Below, piece by piece: positions 47,107-56,598 of a stretch of DNA of 64,000 nucleotides. How positions within the stretch are numbered: position 1 is the first letter of the stretch; each line of letters starts with the position of its first letter. The notes under the pieces were generated by a model. It searched no databases. It was not told the DNA's origin and worked only from the letters and a program-made list of their open reading frames with translations. The position numbers and the translations under genes are program-made. The DNA is taken from contig JACPXH010000013.1 in NCBI GenBank assembly GCA_016196625.1, positions 4,516 to 68,515 of the forward strand, given 5' to 3'. The stretch is from Candidatus Parcubacteria bacterium. GTDB taxonomy: Bacteria; Patescibacteriota; Minisyncoccia; JACPXH01.

Positions 47107-47560
47107 AACGTAACGGGGTTTTAAGGCGTCCGATAATCCAAAGCCACAGTCCGGCCAGGATCGTGATCGCGACCGCAAGGCGCAGCAGTTCCCATATTGA
47201 CCACAGCAACGTTTCTGATGCGAGCAGTTGGGCCACGCCGTACGCGAGGCCGGCTGCGAGCACGCACGCTACAGCGAGAAGCGCGGTTCGGCTCCCGACC
47301 CCCCTTCGTTGGAAAAGACGTTGACTCAAGAGAAATGTGACCGGAGCGATGAGCAGCAAAGGCAGGGACAGCGTTCCGAGAGGCGAAATGCTGATGGTCT
47401 CAAGTAGAACGCTGCCGGCCACAGCGCTCACCATCGCGACTCCCGGTCCGGCCGAAAACCCGGCCGCCACCACGAGCGCGAGCACAAAAGGGAAGGTGCC
47501 GATCCCCGCTTGCAGGATCACTGCGCCCACCGCCAAAAGTAACATAATCCAAGGACGCAT
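47087..47560 (-). CDS. mreD: Rod shape-determining protein MreD
   Basis: Hydrophobic 5-TM protein located between mreC and mrdA. Confidence 0.75.
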   Translation of the reverse strand: MRPWIMLLLAVGAVILQAGIGTFPFVLALVVAAGFSAGPGVAMVSAVAGSVLLETISISPLGTLSLPLLLIAPVTFLLSQRLFQRRGVGSRTALLAVACVLAAGLAYGVAQLLASETLLWSIWELLRLAVAITILAGLWLWIIGRLKTPLRYGFPAV

Positions 47561-47569
47561 ATCCAAGTT

Positions 47570-48376
47570 TTATCTGTTTTCTCCCACAACGACGAGTACA
47601 GTCTCGAGGCTGCGGAAGATCTCGACGGGAGCGACTGCGGCAGTGGTCAGCATCCCGGTTGTAGACTGGTCCACCGCGCTTATTGTACCGATGGTGAACC
47701 CACGCGGAAAGAGTCCATCTTGGCCAGACGAGAGCACCAGTTCGCTGTGATCGAGCTTTCGTCCAGGCTCCACAAGTTCAAGGCGCAGCCCCAAGCCCTT
47801 CCGGCCACGGATAAGGCCGGTCGCGCGACTATTCGCCGTAACAGAGCTGACCGAACTTGCGGGATCGGTCAGCACGCGGACCGCGGCCGAGCGGTTGTCC
47901 GTCCGGACCACCCGACCCACGAGGATGTCGCCGGGAGCAATCACCACGGCACCCGTGGTGATGCCGTCGCGCCGGCCACGATTGATCGTGATGTTGTCGC
48001 TGGTGAGGTCAGGGTCGCGGCCGATGACTCGGGCGGCAAGAAGCCGGAAACGCACTTCACCCGCGAGACCAAACTCGCGCCGTACGGTCTCGGTTTCTTT
48101 GAGCAGTTCTTGCAGCCTTACGTTTTCCGATCGCAGGGTGCGTGTCTCCGCGCGCAGGGTTATGTTTTCGGTGTACAGATCACGTACGGTGGACACGAAA
48201 CGGACTGCGCTTTGGACGGCGGCGGTGGTTTGGTGCGTGAGTTTGACTGCGGGTAGCAGTATTGAGCGGATCGCGCCGAGTGCCGTTTGCATAATCGGCC
48301 AGCGAAGCAGCAGCCCGGCCACCACCACCGCCAGCACCAGAATTCCAGTAAGCCGCAACCAGGCGGATATGGTCAT
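47570..48376 (-). CDS. mreC: Rod shape-determining protein MreC
   Basis: TM, coiled coil, ARVIGR, INRG..DG, SG.DGLFP.G. Confidence 0.92.
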   Translation of the reverse strand: MTISAWLRLTGILVLAVVVAGLLLRWPIMQTALGAIRSILLPAVKLTHQTTAAVQSAVRFVSTVRDLYTENITLRAETRTLRSENVRLQELLKETETVRREFGLAGEVRFRLLAARVIGRDPDLTSDNITINRGRRDGITTGAVVIAPGDILVGRVVRTDNRSAAVRVLTDPASSVSSVTANSRATGLIRGRKGLGLRLELVEPGRKLDHSELVLSSGQDGLFPRGFTIGTISAVDQSTTGMLTTAAVAPVEIFRSLETVLVVVGENR

Positions 48377-48378
48377 GA

Positions 48379-49437
48379 CTAAGAAATTTTGAGCCCCATT
48401 TCGTAGGGAGTCGGCACCAGAAGAGGTTTCAGAGAGTCTATGTCTTCAAGGATGAGCCCGGTGCCGCGCACTACCGTGGTCAGCGGATCTTCGGCCACGC
48501 GCGTGGGGATCTGTGTTTCAAGCTGGACCAGTTCCGCCAGTTTGCGCAAGAGACTCCCGCCGCCCGCCAGCACGATGCCCCGGTCCATGATGTCGGCCAC
48601 AAGCTCCGGCGGGGTTTCTTCCACAGTCGTTTTGATGGCGTTGACTACCGCGGCGACCGAATGCTGAATTGCCCGGCGGATGTGAGCATCGGTTACCGTT
48701 ACCTCCTTGGGAAGTCCGGTGATGAGGTCGCGGCCGCGCATGGGAGCCTCTTCCGGCTTTTCGAGCTCCATGGCTGAACCGACGGCGATTTTCACCTCCT
48801 CGGCAGTACGTTCGCCCAAAAGCAGCTTGCATTCATCCCGGGCAAAACTAATGATGTCCTCTGACATTTTGTCGCCGGCAATCCGGAGGCTGCGACTGGT
48901 TACGATGCCGCCCAGTGAAATAACCGCGACTTCAGTCGTGCCTCCGCCTATATCCACGATCATGTTGCCGGCGGCGTCCTGGACCGGAAGGCGCGCGCCG
49001 ATAGCGGCGGCCATGGGCTCTTCCACCAGATACACTTCGCGCGCGCCCGCATTTCGCGAGGCATCCTCCACGGCCCGCCTTTCAACCTCGGTTACGCCCG
49101 AGGGAATTCCGATCACCACCCGCGGCCGGGGCAACAGGGAAAAGCCGCCTTCGTGCACTCGGGAGATAAAATAGCGCAGCATAGTCTCGGTGATTTCAAA
49201 ATCAGAGACCACGCCGGCAACCAAGGGCCGCGTGGCCACGATGTGGCCGGGGGTGCGGCCCACCATACGTTTGGCCGCAGTGCCGATTGCAAGAATCTGG
49301 CCAGTCTTTTGGTTGATGGCGACAACCGACGGCTCGTTAATAACAATGCCGCGGCCGCGCACGTAGACCAACGTATTGGCCGTGCCAAGGTCAATACCTA
49401 TATCTTTCGAAAACAGGCCAAAGAATCTGTTGAGCAC
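48379..49437 (-). CDS. mreB: Rod shape-determining protein MreB
   Basis: IGIDLGTANT, EPSVVA, DIGGGTTE, LAGGG. Confidence 0.97.
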   Translation of the reverse strand: MLNRFFGLFSKDIGIDLGTANTLVYVRGRGIVINEPSVVAINQKTGQILAIGTAAKRMVGRTPGHIVATRPLVAGVVSDFEITETMLRYFISRVHEGGFSLLPRPRVVIGIPSGVTEVERRAVEDASRNAGAREVYLVEEPMAAAIGARLPVQDAAGNMIVDIGGGTTEVAVISLGGIVTSRSLRIAGDKMSEDIISFARDECKLLLGERTAEEVKIAVGSAMELEKPEEAPMRGRDLITGLPKEVTVTDAHIRRAIQHSVAAVVNAIKTTVEETPPELVADIMDRGIVLAGGGSLLRKLAELVQLETQIPTRVAEDPLTTVVRGTGLILEDIDSLKPLLVPTPYEMGLKIS

Positions 49438-49593
49438 GTTTTTGGTATTAAAGCCGATATCCGGCCCGCGCCACGGGGTTTTCGGAAAAGAGGCTAGAGA
49501 AACGGTTGATCATAACAGCGCGAGCCCAGTATATACACGACCAGACGAAGAAAGCAAAAACGTTTCGCCGGCCGCAAGCTATCCAGTGCCACG

Positions 49594-49615
49594 TTATACT
49601 ACGATCGTAGTATAA
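49594..49615. repeat. Perfect family B palindrome copy 5
   Basis: TTATACTACGATCGTAGTATAA with the shared TGCCA.. left flank and GTAA(A/G)CGTT right flank. Confidence 0.92.
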
Positions 49616-49701
49616 TATGTAAGCGTTATGTAAACGTTTTGGATATTTTGGATTCTGAGCTTGATTTAAAATGAAGTTGTATATGCCGAACGCAAAAAGG
49701 A

Positions 49702-49729
49702 ACCGGGAGCCGACTCGTCGGCTCCCGGT
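49702..49729 (-). terminator. Intrinsic terminator of the ORFan pair
   Basis: ACCGGGAGCCGAC-TC-GTCGGCTCCCGGT followed by a T-run on the minus strand. Confidence 0.75.
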
Positions 49730-49732
49730 GGG

Positions 49733-50263
49733 CTAGATGGTTCGCGGATAAAGGCCGCGTACCTCCTGCGGGAGAGAATCCGCCGAGAGAGGCAGCGCGT
49801 ATCCCTCCTCCAAAACCATTTTGTACAATTCCTCGTGCGCGTGCTGGATGAGCTGGAGCTTCTGGAGGATGGGAGGAAGTCTCCGGTCGGAAAGCAGCTC
49901 CTTGAGTTTCCTCACGGCGCGTTGGCGTCGCGACTCAACGAACAAAGGGACCCCTATGAGTCGGCCGGCGATCCCGCCGACGATCACGAACAGGATCGAA
50001 ACCCCCAGACCCACCACAACGCGGATACTGCCTGATGTGGACGGGGGAGGGAGCGGGACGGCGAACGCCACGGCAAGCTGATCGGCGAAGATCGCGACGA
50101 CGACACTTGCAAGGAAACCGAACACTCCACCCGCAAAGGGACACAATCCGCGTCCAAACTTCAAAAAGCGGAGCCCTGCGAGCGCATGACTTACTTCCTT
50201 GGCGAACTTTGCCTCATCGGGAGTGAGGCGCTCCACCAGAAAGGTGCGAACCGATCCACCCAT
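49733..50263 (-). CDS. Hypothetical membrane protein
   Basis: GAGGAGGAGG Shine-Dalgarno; two TM. Confidence 0.6.
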   Translation of the reverse strand: MGGSVRTFLVERLTPDEAKFAKEVSHALAGLRFLKFGRGLCPFAGGVFGFLASVVVAIFADQLAVAFAVPLPPPSTSGSIRVVVGLGVSILFVIVGGIAGRLIGVPLFVESRRQRAVRKLKELLSDRRLPPILQKLQLIQHAHEELYKMVLEEGYALPLSADSLPQEVRGLYPRTI

Positions 50264-50292
50264 GACCCCTCCTCCTCAATGTGGGTTTCTGC

Positions 50293-50613
50293 TCACGCTA
50301 CTGCCTCGATTTTCTCCAAACAACCGAGCATGATCATCTCAAATTGCGTACGGCCGAAGCTGGGGAGCTCTGGGCCAATCGTGACGAAGAACGTCCGCTT
50401 TCCTCTGTCCCACACGCCTTCCCGTGCGGCACACAAAACGGCGACTGGAGCGGTCCAATCTTCGAAGCGGATAACGTCGGCGCTGTTCAGCGCGACTACG
50501 CTTCGAAGGCTGAGCGCGGCATTCTCCGCTCTCGCATCATAAAACGTGAGGCGAAGCCGCTTGCCGACTTCCGCGTTGCCGAGGGCTTCACTCAAATCCC
50601 GCTCGGTGATCAT
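50293..50613 (-). CDS. Hypothetical protein
   Basis: AAGGAGG Shine-Dalgarno before MITERD. Confidence 0.55.
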   Translation of the reverse strand: MITERDLSEALGNAEVGKRLRLTFYDARAENAALSLRSVVALNSADVIRFEDWTAPVAVLCAAREGVWDRGKRTFFVTIGPELPSFGRTQFEMIMLGCLEKIEAVA

Positions 50614-50767
50614 TTGTCGCCTCCTTTCGACACTCGGCCTTTGCGCCGCAGGGAGTTTTGGGGAACAAAACAACTTTACTATATTTATTGTTGCTCCGTC
50701 AAGGGCCAGAAAAGCAAAATTGCCGCCGAGGTTGGGGTAGCCGAATCGGGTCAAGCGCGCTCGTCAG

Positions 50768-51013
50768 CTATTTCGGGTGTGATCGAATTTCAATCAGGAG
50801 GTAGCGATCCTTAAGAATCTGAAAATAAAACCGCCACCCTCCGTTCACCCGAGCCTGCCAAATGTCACGGGCCTCTTCGTACTTCTTGGCATGCAGGGAG
50901 TGGTGGCGGAAATCGCGCAACAGGTGGCCGAGCTGTTTGCCGAAGGCCTTTTGGATCTGCTCCGGGGCTTTCTGAAACTGTCGGGCGAAATGGGGACTAA
51001 ACTCAACCGTCAT
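50768..51013 (-). CDS. RelE/ParE-family toxin
   Basis: FSP.F.RQF..., H.SLH.KK, WQARVN..WR.YF, I.SHP. Confidence 0.85.
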   Translation of the reverse strand: MTVEFSPHFARQFQKAPEQIQKAFGKQLGHLLRDFRHHSLHAKKYEEARDIWQARVNGGWRFYFQILKDRYLLIEIRSHPK

Positions 51014-51270
51014 ACCCTGGCCCGCTTCAGGGCCCGGATCGCAGCCTTAGCGTTCCTGAATGGACCAAGGACACCCTTCCGTTCGGCCTCGGCGAGCGAG
51101 GCGAGGAGCGAAGCGTGGAGGTCCTTGTCCACGAGCGCCTTCGGGGTCAACGTGATCTTTTTGCCTTCGACCGCAGCCTCGAGGAGGTCACCCACGGCCA
51201 CGCCGGCGCGCTGGCGTACCGGCACGGGGAGCGTTACTCGATACTTCTCTTTGACTTTGACGACAGGCAT
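51010..51270 (-). CDS. AbrB/MazE/SpoVT-family antitoxin
   Basis: KVKEKYRVTLP..VR...G...GD.L; ATGA overlap with the toxin. Confidence 0.88.
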   Translation of the reverse strand: MPVVKVKEKYRVTLPVPVRQRAGVAVGDLLEAAVEGKKITLTPKALVDKDLHASLLASLAEAERKGVLGPFRNAKAAIRALKRARV

Positions 51271-51371
51271 GGAGACTATTGGTTAGAGTTAGAAAGTTGG
51301 AAAGTAAGAATAGCGTTAGTATAGAGGGTGTTGCGGGGACGGTCAAGTGCATCTATCTCCCGCATCGTCTC

Positions 51372-52616
51372 CTATTTGAACCGTTTTCCTATCTGTTCAA
51401 TGGCAACCAATTCTGTCGTTTGGGTTGATCGAGCTTTGAGCTCAACCGAACCGCGCGCGAGGGTTTTCTCGCTTATCACCACCCGCCACGGCAAACCAAT
51501 CAGATCGGCGTCGGCAAACTTGACACCGGCGGATTCGTCACGGTCGTCGTAGAGAACCGCAATCCCGACATCCTGCAGTTCACGGTAGAGTTTTTCCGCC
51601 GCCTCCATGATTCTTGATTCTTGATTCTTGATTCCAACGAGGTGTACGTCGTACGGCGCCACCTCTTTCGGCCACACGATGCCTTTCTCGTCGTGGTGCA
51701 CTTCTACGACCGTGGCCATCACGCGCCCCGGCCCGATGCCGTAAGAGCCCATGACCACGGGCTTCATCGAGCCGTCTTCGTCCGTGAATATGAGATCCAA
51801 ATCTTTCGAGTACTTGGTGCCGAGTTTATATATGTGTCCCACCTCGACGCTCGTGCCCTCTTTGAGTGTGCCGGAACAATTCGGGCATGTCTCCCCTGCT
51901 TTTGCGGTCGCAATTTCTGTATTCTGTGCGAACGCGCACGATTCGCAGTAGACGGTCGTATCTTCTCCCGCCTCGGTGAGCACCTGAAACTCGTGCGTGA
52001 AATCTTTGGTAAATGCTCCGCCTGACGCTTCCACGATTTTGGCGTCCAAACCGCAGCGCCGAAAGATGTTGGCGTAGGCAGTCTTGCTTTTTTCGTAATA
52101 CGCGTCGAGTCCAGCCTGATTTCGATCGAAGCTGTAAAGATCTTTCATGAAAAACTCACGCAGCCGGATGAGTCCTGATTTCGCGCGCGGCTCGTTCCGG
52201 AACTTAAGTTGAATCTGATAGAGGTAGAGCGGCAGATCTTTGTAGGAACGAATTGAGTTTTTCGCGACTTCAGCCAGCGGCTCCTCGTGGGTTATGCCCA
52301 AGCCCAGCTCGCGGTCAGACGAATCTTTGAATTGGTACATCACGTCCCGCAAGGTTTCCCATCGACCGGTCTTGACCCAGAGGTCCTTGGATTGGAGAGC
52401 CGAAAGGAGTAATTCCTGCCCACCGATCGCGTTCATCTCTTCTCGGATGATCGTGTTAATCCGCTCGAGAACCCGAAGGCCCAATGGCAGAAAGGCGTAC
52501 ACGCCGGCCATGACTTTGGCCACAAAGCCGCCACGCACAAGCAGCTGCGCGTTGACCGACACTTCATCTTTTGGGTTTTGACGGGTTGTTTTTCCGAAGA
52601 GAATACTTTGGCGCAT
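51372..52616 (-). CDS. proS: Prolyl-tRNA synthetase (short form, no editing insertion)
   Basis: THEE, QIQ.KFRNE.R, REF.MKDLYSF, EVGHIYKLG, MGSYGIG, KFADADLIG. Confidence 0.96.
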   Translation of the reverse strand: MRQSILFGKTTRQNPKDEVSVNAQLLVRGGFVAKVMAGVYAFLPLGLRVLERINTIIREEMNAIGGQELLLSALQSKDLWVKTGRWETLRDVMYQFKDSSDRELGLGITHEEPLAEVAKNSIRSYKDLPLYLYQIQLKFRNEPRAKSGLIRLREFFMKDLYSFDRNQAGLDAYYEKSKTAYANIFRRCGLDAKIVEASGGAFTKDFTHEFQVLTEAGEDTTVYCESCAFAQNTEIATAKAGETCPNCSGTLKEGTSVEVGHIYKLGTKYSKDLDLIFTDEDGSMKPVVMGSYGIGPGRVMATVVEVHHDEKGIVWPKEVAPYDVHLVGIKNQESRIMEAAEKLYRELQDVGIAVLYDDRDESAGVKFADADLIGLPWRVVISEKTLARGSVELKARSTQTTELVAIEQIGKRFK

Positions 52617-52633
52617 ATGTGTGCCAGTGTCTA

Positions 52634-53176
52634 TCACCAATCGCACGCCGGCGGGCCGCTGCAGAGCATCAACGACCAGTTGGGACGCAGAGGATCGTAG
52701 AACGGATCGGTGTCGGACCACGTGCCTTCCGGCGAGCAGTTGGCCAGCAGTTTGTAATTCGTCTCGTCCGATTTATAGAGGTAGGCGGACTTGGTGCCTA
52801 CCAGACACCGCAGCGGCACGTACGGTGATTCGCCGCCTCGGGGATCGCGAGGCAGGGCCGAGACGTAGGTGGGGGTAAGTCCCGGGATCCAGTTGCCGCT
52901 GTTGTTGGAATAGAGATCTCCCGGCTCGGAAGAATACCAGTTGCTGCTGGTCGAGGGGTAGCGGTTGTTACGGTCGTAGTAGAGTTCAAGCGCGGTCTGG
53001 AGCTGGCGCATCGTGCTGCGCCGCGCGCTGTCGCGGGCGTTGATGCGCACGGTGCTCAAGGCAACGAGGATGATGCTGGCCACAAGCCCGGCGATCGCCA
53101 CGACCACTAAGAGTTCAATCATGGTAAACCCCGTTTGAGCGGCTGCTCCGCGACCGGCTCGCGTAAATAACGCCAT
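52634..53176 (-). CDS. Type IV pilin/GspG-like pseudopilin
   Basis: GFTMIELLVVVAI prepilin motif, ARD..R, ALELYY....YP, LP.DP. Confidence 0.92.
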   Translation of the reverse strand: MALFTRAGRGAAAQTGFTMIELLVVVAIAGLVASIILVALSTVRINARDSARRSTMRQLQTALELYYDRNNRYPSTSSNWYSSEPGDLYSNNSGNWIPGLTPTYVSALPRDPRGGESPYVPLRCLVGTKSAYLYKSDETNYKLLANCSPEGTWSDTDPFYDPLRPNWSLMLCSGPPACDW

Positions 53177-53187
53177 CTTATTGGCTA

Positions 53188-53361
53188 CCCGCCGTCGCAG
53201 AGGGCCATGGGCTCTGTCCGTGGGTGAATGCGCGGTTGGTATTCCGGGTGGGGTTGAGGGGGGTATATTCCTTGAGGCTGTGGCGGATGACGCTGCAGCC
53301 CGCTTGGATTCGCCCGAAAGGCGAATAGCGGGCTGCCACGGGCTCCGCCCGTGGAGCTTCA
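53188..53361. mobile_element. Non-autonomous IS200/IS605-like element upstream of, or within, the pilin gene
   Basis: CCCGCCGTCGCAGA...TGAATGCG ... CCACGGGCTCCGCCCGTGGAGCTTCA. Confidence 0.65.
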
Positions 53362-53433
53362 CTTCGGTGGGCATCGTCGTGAGGAGCTGGGTAAATCCGC
53401 GTTCGCCTCGGCTGGGGGAAATGCGGGTCATGG

Positions 53434-53808
53434 TCAGCGGGGACGCAGCGGCTTTTCAAGCCGCGGCGGCTCCCCTGGCGGCAGGATAATTTTGGCGTCA
53501 GGCGGCAGGGAGATGTTTGGCCGGCGATCCCGCAAGCTATAGGCCACAAGTAAGACCGACCCCGCGATCGCCAACGCCGTGAAGATGAGGAGAACGTACG
53601 TGGCCTGCGTGGCAGTGTGAACGATTCCGCCAGAGTGTTGAATGACCCAACGGACCATCTTGGGGGCGGAGGTTTCGTGGTAGTACTTCACGGCACCCCA
53701 ACCATGAGGTTCGGGCGCGGCCGGAGCTTTACCTCTCAAATAGCCGCTCAAATCAATGTCGTCGCGGGAAGTTCCAGTTTCTTGTTGTTCTTGGTCAGAC
53801 ATACGCAT
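53434..53808 (-). CDS. Single-TM hypothetical protein
   Basis: PKMV.WVI..SGG.V....QA.YVL plus TM; translationally coupled to rseP. Confidence 0.7.
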   Translation of the reverse strand: MRMSDQEQQETGTSRDDIDLSGYLRGKAPAAPEPHGWGAVKYYHETSAPKMVRWVIQHSGGIVHTATQATYVLLIFTALAIAGSVLLVAYSLRDRRPNISLPPDAKIILPPGEPPRLEKPLRPR

Positions 53809-54950
53809 TACAGACGCCAGCGTTGGACGTCGAGGATGCTTACCGCCACAATAGCAAAAAGCAGTAGAGCGAGGCCAATGGAGTGCGCGAGCTGCTCGGC
53901 GCGGCGCGGTACTGGCGAGCCCTTCAGTTTTTCGATCAAGAGAAAGAGTAGCCGTCCGCCGTCAAGCGCCGGAATGGGCAGACTGTTGATGACGGCCAGG
54001 TTGACCGAAATGATTGCGGCCAGCCGCAGCAGGTACCCAAAGCCAAGCTGGCTTGCGTCTCGCACCACCGCGGCGATGCCGATGGGCCCGGCGAGTTCCG
54101 TGGGCACGCGACCCCGCGTAAAGAGTCGAGCCAGTATATCGAAGAGTGCGACTGCAAAATCACGGACGAGCGCAAAGGCGGTGGTCGCTCCTTGCCAGAG
54201 TGCGGCGGGCAAAGGCAGGCGCTCAACACCGGTTTTTTCCATGGCAATGCCAATAGCTCCCTCGCCGGCCGGGGGATTCACGCGGGGCGTGATGGCAAGG
54301 CTGGAGACGGCTTTACCGCGCACCAAGGTGAAGGTGACGGGTTCGCCCGCAAAACGCCCGATGAATGCTTGGACCTCACCGATTTCTTTTGGTTCGAGGA
54401 CTGCGTTGGCGTGCCGAAGTTCGACGATCGCGTCTCCCGCTTTGAACCCGGCCATGGCTGCAGGCGAGTTCGGAGCGACGAACGCAATTTGGATTTTGAT
54501 ATCGGTGAGCGCTTGGGGGTTGGTGGCTTTGCTGGCAGCAATCGGAGTTCCGGCTGCGAAACCGATCGTAAGCAGGATGATGGCGAGAGCCGTGTTCATA
54601 ACGACACCGGCGAGAATGGTGCGTACCCTCACCCACCACGTTTGGCTCGCAAAGCTGCGCGGATCGCGTTCGGCCACCCCGTCTTCGCCGAAGATTTTTA
54701 CGAACCCGCCAATGGGCAGCAGGTTGAACGAATAGATGGTGGTGGCCGCGGGGCGCCGTTTTGACCAAAACCCCGCTACGAGCTGCAGGCGGCCGGTGCC
54801 CGGGTGACGCTGCAGGCCGATGAGGCGCGGCGGCAAACCCAAGCCAAACTCTTCAATGCGAATTCCAGCCTGCCGGGCAGAAACAAAGTGGCCCAGTTCG
54901 TGGACAAAGACGAGAACGGTCAGGAGTACGATGAAGATAATGATTGTCAT
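53808..54950 (-). CDS. rseP: RIP metalloprotease RseP (M50)
   Basis: HELGH, PIGGFV, PDZ domain, N.LPIPALDGG. Confidence 0.95.
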   Translation of the reverse strand: MTIIIFIVLLTVLVFVHELGHFVSARQAGIRIEEFGLGLPPRLIGLQRHPGTGRLQLVAGFWSKRRPAATTIYSFNLLPIGGFVKIFGEDGVAERDPRSFASQTWWVRVRTILAGVVMNTALAIILLTIGFAAGTPIAASKATNPQALTDIKIQIAFVAPNSPAAMAGFKAGDAIVELRHANAVLEPKEIGEVQAFIGRFAGEPVTFTLVRGKAVSSLAITPRVNPPAGEGAIGIAMEKTGVERLPLPAALWQGATTAFALVRDFAVALFDILARLFTRGRVPTELAGPIGIAAVVRDASQLGFGYLLRLAAIISVNLAVINSLPIPALDGGRLLFLLIEKLKGSPVPRRAEQLAHSIGLALLLFAIVAVSILDVQRWRL

Positions 54951-55510
54951 GTCCTCGTAATCTCTGCCTCTTTCTCCGCGCCCAGCTGCTCCAGGCGCTC
55001 TTGGCAGTGATCAATGATTTTTTGCAGCTCGGTTTTGCCACGGAACTTATCATCTTCGGAAATCTGTTTTTCTTTTTCGAGCGCCTGGATTTTCTTCCAG
55101 GTCTCCTCGCGGATGGTCCGAATTTTTACGCGTGTCTCCTCAAGGCGCTGATGGAGAGCCTTCAAGAGTTCTTTGCGCCGTTCCTCGGTGAGCGCCGGAA
55201 CTGTGAGCTTGATGGATGTTTTGTCGAGGACGGGCGCAAGGCCGCTCGCCTGCGTTGCCAGCGCGTGTTCAATCGCCGGAATGACCGTTGGATCCCACGG
55301 CGTGATCAAAAGCACTCGGGGCTCGGGCACACTGATCGAGGCCACGGCCTTGAGCGGCAATTTGCTGCCGTAGGTTTCAATCATAACGTTTTCCACGATG
55401 GCGGGCGTGGCCCGAGAGGTGCGCAGTGCCGCCAGCTGCTCTTTAAGATACGCCAAGGCCGCTTCGAGCGGCTGGGACAAGCTGTGGAGGGTTTCTTTCA
55501 GCATGGACAT
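54947..55510 (-). CDS. frr: Ribosome recycling factor
   Basis: LRTSRATP, YG...PL, I.PWD, PALTEERRKEL, ISEDD. Confidence 0.96.
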   Translation of the reverse strand: MSMLKETLHSLSQPLEAALAYLKEQLAALRTSRATPAIVENVMIETYGSKLPLKAVASISVPEPRVLLITPWDPTVIPAIEHALATQASGLAPVLDKTSIKLTVPALTEERRKELLKALHQRLEETRVKIRTIREETWKKIQALEKEKQISEDDKFRGKTELQKIIDHCQERLEQLGAEKEAEITRT

Positions 55511-55515
55511 GAACG

Positions 55516-56598
55516 TTATGAACCGAACAGGAGGCGTCCTTCGCCTCGGGCCAACCCCAAGAATATCGTTCCGCTGTGTATAGGATCAGCGATTAAGGCC
55601 ACGATCCTGCGGCTGGTGGGCAGACGCACACTCTGCCAAGTCAGGCCCCCGTCATTGGATTTGAAGACGAAATTGCCTCCCCCGGCGTAGATGGTTTGAG
55701 GATCCGACATGGGCAGGGCGACTGCCGTTATGGGGAGCGCTTGAGGCGGGACAATAAGATTGAAGTAAGACCACGTGTTGCCACTATCGGTCGAACGCTT
55801 GAGCCCCTGGTTTGTGCCGGCGTAGATCGTGCCCGGCCGATTCGGATCGAACTCAAACGATCGTATCGCGCCCCCCAGTTTTGCCGACATATCCTCCCAG
55901 GTGTTGCCCCTATCCTTGCTGCGCAAAAGCCCCGACGATTTCAGCGCGATCCAGATTGTCCCGTCAGGAGCAAGCCGTAACAGCCCGACTTGAGCGCCAA
56001 ACCACCGGAGCGCTCGCCAGGTTGTGCCCCGGTTTTCAGAGACGAGTGTGCCGCCGTCGCTTGTGCCGATGTATATTCTCTCTGGTCTTGACGGGTCGAC
56101 GACGACCCCAACGATGGTGGCGTTCGTCCGGGCCGGTATAAAGACGGTTTCAAACGTTGCGCCGCCGTCAGTGGTGCGCTCAAGTTCGCCCCCGCGCTCA
56201 AGTCGCGCGCCCACATAAAAAAGCGCGGGGTTCACCGGATCTAGAGCCAGAGCCGTAATTTCGGTTCGGTTGGTGAGCGCTTGACCGGAGACTACTGGAG
56301 TCCACTCTTCGGCGCTCGAGGTGCTGCGCCAGAGGCCATGGCCGAGGGTACCAAGGTAGATCGTCTGGGGCAATTTCGGAAAAATTGCCAAGTGTGTTGC
56401 CTCAACCCCGGCGAGACTCCCTCCGCCGGCAACTTTTACCTTCTGAACCCAGGTCGCGCCGCGGTCTACGGTTTGAAACACTCCCCCGTCTCGGCCGCTC
56501 CCCGTGCCCAACCCGGCGCCGAAAAAGATCGCGCTCCCCACGCCGAGTGCGAGGATGATGAGCACGACGAAAGCAAGGATGACCAGCGCTTGTTTCAT
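55516..56598 (-). CDS. Secreted BNR/Asp-box (Ycf48-like) beta-propeller protein
   Basis: Repeated S/T.D.G.TW boxes; signal anchor. Confidence 0.85.
   Translation of the reverse strand: MKQALVILAFVVLIILALGVGSAIFFGAGLGTGSGRDGGVFQTVDRGATWVQKVKVAGGGSLAGVEATHLAIFPKLPQTIYLGTLGHGLWRSTSSAEEWTPVVSGQALTNRTEITALALDPVNPALFYVGARLERGGELERTTDGGATFETVFIPARTNATIVGVVVDPSRPERIYIGTSDGGTLVSENRGTTWRALRWFGAQVGLLRLAPDGTIWIALKSSGLLRSKDRGNTWEDMSAKLGGAIRSFEFDPNRPGTIYAGTNQGLKRSTDSGNTWSYFNLIVPPQALPITAVALPMSDPQTIYAGGGNFVFKSNDGGLTWQSVRLPTSRRIVALIADPIHSGTIFLGLARGEGRLLFGS

Noticed and set aside
53617-54735. Long plus-strand ORFs (also 56281-57453, 14397-15044, 23324-24070)
   Set aside because: Antisense shadows of well-supported genes in GC-rich DNA, with no recognisable motifs.
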